From positions 2,032,740-2,096,739 of the forward strand of contig OY969423.1 in NCBI GenBank assembly GCA_963699225.1: 64,000 nucleotides of DNA. Direction: 5' to 3'. Under the pieces are notes generated by a model. It searched no databases. It was not told the origin of the DNA and saw only the letters and a list, made by a program, of their open reading frames with translations. This document shows, piece by piece, positions 58,830 to 64,000 of the stretch. Positions within the stretch are counted from its first letter, which is position 1. Each line of letters begins with the position of its first letter. Source of the stretch: an uncultured Solirubrobacterales bacterium (GTDB lineage: Bacteria > Actinomycetota > Thermoleophilia > Solirubrobacterales > 70-9). The translations under genes were made by a program, and so were the position numbers.

Positions 58830-59648
58830 GTGGCCGTGATCGAAGAGGGGGAGCTGAGGGTCGACGGCGTCAACGTCTTCTACCGGCGCGTCCCCGGCGA
58901 GGGGACGCCAACCGTCTACTGCCACGGCAATCCGACCCACGGCGAGGACTGGCTGCCTTTCCTCGAACAGGGAGGTGGTCCGGCGATCGCGATCGACATG
59001 CCTGGCTGGGGACGCTCGGACCATCCCGATCCCGCCGACTTCGACCACTCGATGTACGGGCTCTCGGCCTTTCTCGAACGCTGCCTCGAGCGGCTCGACA
59101 TCGGCCGCCGCAAGCTGGTCGTCCACGACTGGGGCTGCCTGGCCCTGATCGGCGCCCAGCGACGGCCGGAGCTGGTCGAGAAGCTCGTGGTGATCAACGC
59201 GGTGCCGCTACTGCCCGGCTTTCGCTGGCACTGGGTCGCGCAGATCTGGCGCCGCCGCGGCCTCGGCGAGCTCGCCAACGCGACCACCACCAAATCGTCG
59301 ATGGGATTGATCATGCGCCAGCTCTCAGGTGACCGCCGCGCGATGCCGCCCCGGTTCATAGACACGATCTGGGACCACCTGGACCACGGCACCAATGAGG
59401 CCACACTCGCCCTCTACCGCCACGCCGATCCCGGCCGCCTCGCCCTCGCCGGCGGGGATCTCAACCGCATCACCTGCCCTGCGCTGGTCCTGTGGGGAGC
59501 CAACGACCCCTTCCTCAAGCCGCGCTTCGCCGAGGCTTACGCGGCGGCCCTGCCTGGCGCTCAGTTCGAGCTCGTCGAGGGCGCCGGACACTGGCCCTGG
59601 ATCGACGACGTCCGCGTGATCGATCGCGTTTTGCGCTTTCTCGGCTGA
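58830..59648 (+). CDS. alpha/beta hydrolase, haloalkane dehalogenase-like
   Basis: VYCHGNPTHGEDW and VVHDWGC (nucleophile Asp context), with C-terminal GHWPW. Start either GTG 58830 or ATG 58770. The latter would overlap the nth start codon in a CCATGG. Confidence 0.75.
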   Translation: MAVIEEGELRVDGVNVFYRRVPGEGTPTVYCHGNPTHGEDWLPFLEQGGGPAIAIDMPGWGRSDHPDPADFDHSMYGLSAFLERCLERLDIGRRKLVVHDWGCLALIGAQRRPELVEKLVVINAVPLLPGFRWHWVAQIWRRRGLGELANATTTKSSMGLIMRQLSGDRRAMPPRFIDTIWDHLDHGTNEATLALYRHADPGRLALAGGDLNRITCPALVLWGANDPFLKPRFAEAYAAALPGAQFELVEGAGHWPWIDDVRVIDRVLRFLG

Positions 59649-59658
59649 TCCTCGTCCT

Positions 59659-59678
59659 TTCGCCCGTTAACGGGCGAA
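59659..59678 (+). terminator. hairpin after the hydrolase gene
   Basis: TTCGCCCGTTAACGGGCGAA is a perfect 20-nt palindrome followed by TTACAATT. Confidence 0.5.
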
Positions 59679-59695
59679 TTACAATTGGCTGTCCC

Positions 59696-60478
59696 GTGTC
59701 TCGTGCCCTCGCCCGCATCGGAACCAAGCTGCCCCAGGGGTGGGGCGACGCCGGCCGCCAGCTCGGGATCCTCGTCCTGGTCGACATCGCCTACGAGCTC
59801 GTCCGCGGCATCGCCGACGGCCAGCGCTCGGAGGCGATCGGGCACGGCCAGCAGGTGATCGACTTCGAGCGCTCCACCCACCTCCTCTTCGAGCCCAGCG
59901 TCCAGGCCTTCTTCCTGCCCACGCGCTGGGTGATCGACCTCGCCAACCAGCTCTACCTCAACGCCCAGTTCTCGATCGCCCTGGGCTTCCTGATCTGGCT
60001 TTACCTCTTCCGCAACGAGTCCTATTACTTCGTGCGCAACATGTTCGTCGTCTCGATGGGCTTCGCCCTGATCGGCTACACGCTCTTCCCGACCGCGCCG
60101 CCGCGGATGTTTCCCCACGACGGCTTCGTCGACACGATCACCGACTTCTCCAACGTCAACCACGACTCCTCGCTGGCCAAAGTCTTCATCAACCCCTACG
60201 CCGCGGTGCCGAGTATGCACTGCGCCTTCGCCGCGATGATCGGCATCACCGGGGTGCGCGTCTGCCGCCACTGGTGGTCGAGGGCGTGGTGGGCGTTTTG
60301 GCCGCTGCTGATCGCCTGGGTCGTGATCGTCACCGGCAACCACTACTGGGTCGACGTCGCGCTCGGCTGGATGGTCGCCGGCGCCTCCGCCTTGGTCGCC
60401 CAGCGCCTGCTCGCCCGCGCTCGTCCCCACGCGTGGTCCTGGGCTCGCCCTGCACAGCAGCGAGAGGCAGAGGCCTAG
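59696..60478 (+). CDS. PAP2-superfamily integral membrane protein (lipid phosphatase / inositol-phosphotransferase-like)
   Basis: GTG 59696. Multiple TM helices. PYAAVPSMHCAFA and VTGNHYWVDVALG resemble the PAP2_C/Aur1-type C2-C3 motifs (SxH ... H..D). Confidence 0.65.
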   Translation: MSRALARIGTKLPQGWGDAGRQLGILVLVDIAYELVRGIADGQRSEAIGHGQQVIDFERSTHLLFEPSVQAFFLPTRWVIDLANQLYLNAQFSIALGFLIWLYLFRNESYYFVRNMFVVSMGFALIGYTLFPTAPPRMFPHDGFVDTITDFSNVNHDSSLAKVFINPYAAVPSMHCAFAAMIGITGVRVCRHWWSRAWWAFWPLLIAWVVIVTGNHYWVDVALGWMVAGASALVAQRLLARARPHAWSWARPAQQREAEA

Positions 60479-60536
60479 CTGGACGGCGCGTTCCGGGGGT
60501 GGCATCTGGTCCCCCGCGCCCGGTAGCCTGACCCCG

Positions 60537-61202
60537 ATGGAGTCTTCGGCGCCCCCTCGGGCCCCCGGCCCACGCCGCAACGGTCGCCAGGCACGCAATG
60601 GCCAGGAGCTGCGCGCCTACGCCCGCGAGCGCCTGATCGAGTCGCGCCTTACCCCGAACGCGATCTCAATCGCCGGCCTGATCGGCAACCTGATCGCCGC
60701 CGGCCTGGTCACCCAGCGCTACTTCTTCCTCGCCGGGGTTGCCTTCATCGTCGGCTCGGTGATGGACACGCTCGACGGGCGCTACTCGCGCATGTCGGGC
60801 AAGGGCTCGCTCTTCGGCGCCTTCCTCGATTCGACCCTGGACCGGATCGAGGAGGGGATCGTGCTTGCCGCCGTGGCCGGCTACTTCGCCGCCAACGGCC
60901 AGGACTTCGCCGCGGCGATGTGCGTCGTCGCCGTGCTCGGCTCGCTGATGGTCTCCTACACGCGCGCCCGCGCCGAGGCGCTCGGGGTCGAGTGCAAGGT
61001 GGGGTTGGCCACGCGTCCCGTGCGGGTAGTCATACTCTCCATCGGCTTGGTCTTCGCCAAGGGCGCTGGGATTGGCGATTTCGAGCTGCTGGCGCCCTCG
61101 GTCTACCTGATCGCGGCGCTGACCATCATCACCACGATCCAGCGCGTATGGCACGTCCGAAACCAGCTTTCAAACGAGGGCCCGGACCCAACAGATCTGT
61201 AA
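60537..61202 (+). CDS. pgsA: CDP-alcohol phosphatidyltransferase, probable phosphatidylinositol-phosphate synthase
   Basis: DTLDGRYSRMSGKGSLFGAFLDSTLDRI matches D(x2)DG(x2)AR(x8)G(x3)D(x3)D. The gene lies directly upstream of ino1. Confidence 0.8.
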   Translation: MESSAPPRAPGPRRNGRQARNGQELRAYARERLIESRLTPNAISIAGLIGNLIAAGLVTQRYFFLAGVAFIVGSVMDTLDGRYSRMSGKGSLFGAFLDSTLDRIEEGIVLAAVAGYFAANGQDFAAAMCVVAVLGSLMVSYTRARAEALGVECKVGLATRPVRVVILSIGLVFAKGAGIGDFELLAPSVYLIAALTIITTIQRVWHVRNQLSNEGPDPTDL

Positions 61203-61263
61203 CCAGTCGCGGCCCAGGGTGTCCCTTGCCACCTAGCCCGATCGAGGAAGGACTTCGAATTAC

Positions 61264-62436
61264 ATGAGCGATAGCAACGGAGCAAATGGCAGCAACGGCG
61301 CCGGCCGCACGGACGAGAAGGTCCGCGTAGCGATCGTCGGCACCGGCAACTGCGCCAACAGCTTCATCCAGGGTGTCCAGTACTACAAGGACGCCGACCC
61401 CAGCGAGGAAGTGCCCGGCCTGATGCACGTCGACCTGGGGGGCTACCACGTCGGTGACATCGAGTTCGTCGCCGCTTTCGACATCGACTCCGAGAAGGTC
61501 GGCAAGGATCTCTCCGAGGCGATCTGGTCTGGCCAGAACGACACGATCAAGTTCGCCGAGGTGCCAAACCTTGGCGTCAAGGTCGAGCGCGGCATGACCC
61601 TCGATGGCCTCGGCAAGTACCTGAAGGAGAAGATCACCAAGGCGCCGGGGGAAACCGCTGACGTCGTCGGCATCCTCAAGGAGACCAAGGCGGACGTGCT
61701 GGTCTGTTACCTGCCGGTCGGCTCCGAGGACGCGACCAAGTGGTACGTCGAGCAGGCGCTCAAGGCGGGCGTCGGCTTCGTCAACTGCCTGCCCGTCTTC
61801 ATCGCCCGCGAGGACTACTGGGACAAGCGCTTCAAAGAGGCCGGCCTGCCGATCATCGGCGACGACATCAAGTCCCAGGTCGGGGCGACGATCGTCCACC
61901 GCCAGCTCGCCCGCCTCTTCCACGACCGGGGGGTCCGCGTCGAGCGCACCTCACAGCTCAACGTCGGCGGCAACATGGACTTCTACAACATGCTCGAGCG
62001 CGAGCGGCTCGACTCGAAGAAGATTTCCAAGACCAACGCGGTCACCTCGATCATGGGCCACGACCTGCCCGCCGAGAGCGTTCACGTCGGACCTTCCGAT
62101 TACGTCCCTTGGCTGACCGACCGCAAGTGGGCGCACATTCGGCTCGAGGGCAAAGCCTTCGGCGACGTGCCACTCAACGTCGAGCTCAAGCTCGAGGTCT
62201 GGGACTCGCCCAACTCGGCCGGCGTCGTGATCGACGCGGTGAGACTCATAAAGCTGGCGCTCAACAACGGCATCGCCGGCCAGCTCGACGGGCCCTCCAG
62301 CTACCTGATGAAGTCGCCGCACTCGCAGCGCCCCGACGATGAAGCGCGCGAACAGACCGAGGAGTTCATCGCGGCTAACCGGCGCGACAAGGGTGCTGCG
62401 CCCAAGGTCGAGAAGCCCGCAGAGGTTGAAGCGTAG
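61264..62436 (+). CDS. ino1: inositol-3-phosphate synthase
   Basis: [24 protein letters not shown]...LNVGGNMDF...SYLMKSP are typical of actinobacterial/archaeal MIPS. 390 aa. Confidence 0.9.
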   Translation: MSDSNGANGSNGAGRTDEKVRVAIVGTGNCANSFIQGVQYYKDADPSEEVPGLMHVDLGGYHVGDIEFVAAFDIDSEKVGKDLSEAIWSGQNDTIKFAEVPNLGVKVERGMTLDGLGKYLKEKITKAPGETADVVGILKETKADVLVCYLPVGSEDATKWYVEQALKAGVGFVNCLPVFIAREDYWDKRFKEAGLPIIGDDIKSQVGATIVHRQLARLFHDRGVRVERTSQLNVGGNMDFYNMLERERLDSKKISKTNAVTSIMGHDLPAESVHVGPSDYVPWLTDRKWAHIRLEGKAFGDVPLNVELKLEVWDSPNSAGVVIDAVRLIKLALNNGIAGQLDGPSSYLMKSPHSQRPDDEAREQTEEFIAANRRDKGAAPKVEKPAEVEA

Positions 62437-62487
62437 AGGCGTCCTAGTCCCTTCGATCCCTGCAGGGATGGTGCTTATGCTGCGGCC

Positions 62488-63762
62488 GTGTCGGAAAAGC
62501 TCTCGATAGTTCAGGTCACGCCGCATCGGCGTGGCACTGAGAACGCGGTCAATCGCTACATCGAGCGAGTCTCGGCGGAGCTCGAGCGGCGTGGCCACTC
62601 GGTGCAGGTCGCCGGCGTCGGCGATCAAGTCAAAAAGCTGCTGCGGGCGTCCACCGCGGATATCGTCCACGTCCACGACCCGTTTGCGCCGCGGGTCTCC
62701 TCGACCGCCCTGCGCCACTCCTCAGCGCTCAATGTCGCCACCTTCCATGCGCCGCAGGAGCGAGTGCTCTCGACCCAGGTGGCGCGACCGTTGATCGAGA
62801 TCTTCTTTGGCCGGCTCGACGCCCGCACGGTCGCCTCCGCCGCTACGGGAGAGCTGTTGGAGCGCTACTTCCCGGCTCCCTACGAGCTGGTGGCGCCCGG
62901 AGGAGGCGATCGCGAGTGGTCGCAAGTTGCCGACGAGCTGGAGGCGATCTACCTGCGCCTGGCCGCGCGGCGCCACGATCCGGCCGGCAACGAAGCGGTG
63001 CGCCGGCGCATCGCCAAGCGGCCGCTGATCGAGGTCGACCTGCACATGCACACCGACCACTCGCCCGATTGCGCGACCCCGGTCGAGGTACTGCTGGAGA
63101 CGGCGCGGGACCGTGGCCTTGGCGCGATCGCGATCACCGACCACAACGAGGTCTCCGGGGCCCTGGAGGCCCGACGTATCGCTGAAGGTATGGACGACAT
63201 CAAGGTGATCGTCGCCGAGGAGGTGAAGACGGCCGAGCAGGGCGAGGTGATCGGGCTCTTCCTCGAGGAGAAGATTCCCAAGGGGATGACGATGGCGGAG
63301 ACGATCGCGGCGATTCGCGCCCAGGGGGGCCTGGTCTACGTGCCGCATCCCTTTGACCGCTTCCACTCGGTGCCCGATTACGAGCACCTGCTCGACATGG
63401 TCGAGGAGATCGACGTGCTCGAGGTCTTCAACCCGCGCGTCGCCCTGACTGCCTTCAACGAGGAGGCCGAACGCTTCGCCCGCAAGTACCGGATCGTGCC
63501 GGGAGCTGGTTCCGACAGCCACGTCGCCCAGGGACTGGGCAGCGTGCGCGTCCGGATCCATGATTTCGACGGGCCAGAGGAGTTCCTCGAGGCGATGCGC
63601 GACGCCGACATCACCCGCAAGCACAAGAACCTCGTCTACGTGCAGACGCTGAAGCTGCTGCAGACGGCGGGGCGGCCGAAGGCGCCCAAACGCAGCGTTC
63701 CCGACGCCAAGCCAGTGCGCGGCGGCCGTCCGCGCAAACGCCGTCCGGCGAGCAAGAGCTGA
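62488..63762 (+). CDS. fusion protein: GT4-type glycosyltransferase N-terminal half plus PHP-domain metal-dependent phosphoesterase plus a basic tail
   Basis: Residues 1-145 look like a GT-B N-domain (LSIVQVTPH...RGHSVQV...ADIVHVHDP...VATFHA...ELVAPGG) with no EX7E C-domain. This is followed by VDLHMHTDHSPDC...IAITDHNEV...YVPHPFD (PHP motifs) and a KRSVPDAKPVRGGRPRKRRPASKS tail. Confidence 0.75.
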   Translation: MSEKLSIVQVTPHRRGTENAVNRYIERVSAELERRGHSVQVAGVGDQVKKLLRASTADIVHVHDPFAPRVSSTALRHSSALNVATFHAPQERVLSTQVARPLIEIFFGRLDARTVASAATGELLERYFPAPYELVAPGGGDREWSQVADELEAIYLRLAARRHDPAGNEAVRRRIAKRPLIEVDLHMHTDHSPDCATPVEVLLETARDRGLGAIAITDHNEVSGALEARRIAEGMDDIKVIVAEEVKTAEQGEVIGLFLEEKIPKGMTMAETIAAIRAQGGLVYVPHPFDRFHSVPDYEHLLDMVEEIDVLEVFNPRVALTAFNEEAERFARKYRIVPGAGSDSHVAQGLGSVRVRIHDFDGPEEFLEAMRDADITRKHKNLVYVQTLKLLQTAGRPKAPKRSVPDAKPVRGGRPRKRRPASKS

Positions 63763-63821
63763 TGCAGTCGGGGCAGGCGAGAGGAGCCGGGGCGGCCTCG
63801 TCAAAGAGAGCGCCCAGCCCC

Positions 63822-64000
63822 ATGCCCACCACCGACGACGAGATCAAGGAGAAGTACCTCGAGCGCGCGATCCGCGAGCTCAACCAGATGACCCACGATC
63901 TCCAGGCTTGCCCCCACTGCCCGCGCGGCAAGCTGATGCCGGTGCTTGGCTCCGGCCACCCGCAGGCTGACGTCTTCATGCTCAAGCACGCTCCCGCGGC
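63822..64000 (+). CDS. uracil-DNA glycosylase superfamily (family 4/5-like) protein, N-terminal fragment; 3' end outside window
   Basis: ATG 63822 gives MPTTDDEIKEKYLERAIRELNQMTHDLQACPHCPRGKLMPVLGSGHPQADVFMLKHAP. The C..C...PV.G.G...A.(I/V)(M/F).(V/L) pattern is that of Fe-S UDGs. The frame is open to the window end. Confidence 0.55.
   Translation, partial: MPTTDDEIKEKYLERAIRELNQMTHDLQACPHCPRGKLMPVLGSGHPQADVFMLKHAPA

Overview
High-GC, densely coding chromosomal segment. Gene content looks Actinomycetota-like: a dnaK-grpE-dnaJ-hspR-clpB operon, PIP synthase plus ino1, and very high GC3 in core genes. All calls come from reading the sequence and ORF translations by eye; no searches were run.

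Core blocks:
- lipA-lipB next to a 2-oxoacid dehydrogenase cluster (E1alpha, E1beta, E2, lpdA).
- A thiamine locus: thiE, then a divergent TPP riboswitch driving thiO and a thiS-thiG fusion.
- Purine biosynthesis in three minus-strand blocks: purF-purN-purH, purC-purS-purQ-purL and purD-purE-purB.
- The dnaK heat-shock operon.
- An inositol-phospholipid cluster: PAP2-like protein, CDP-alcohol phosphatidyltransferase, ino1 and a GT4N-PHP fusion.
- Three tRNAs: Ala-CGC, Ala-TGC and Lys-TTT.

Accessory material:
- A ~7.4 kb lower-GC island (about 2880-10259) abuts the 3' end of tRNA-Ala(CGC). It encodes Fic, a small membrane protein, a membrane-inserted KAP-family P-loop NTPase (Tmn-like) with an overlapping 402-aa partner, and a separately promoted pair of a TM protein plus an NdpA/YejK-like protein.
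- A VapBC-type toxin-antitoxin pair sits inside the pur region.
- A TetR/MFS pair has paired operators.
- A family of secreted proteins shares an EPDxDGDGYGDxxQDxCP module.

Most unusual observations:
- Two unrelated families of short hairpin-forming repeats are embedded in frame in essential genes.
- Family 1 is a 69-nt core carrying SD+ATG, closed by copy-specific perfect stems. One copy lies inside thiE and one fills the purF-purN spacer.
- Family 2 is a 90-nt imperfect palindrome translated as [17 protein letters not shown]. One copy lies in the E2 linker and one in the GrpE N-terminus, with a compensatory double substitution between copies.

No CRISPR array, rRNA, transposase or integrase was recognised.
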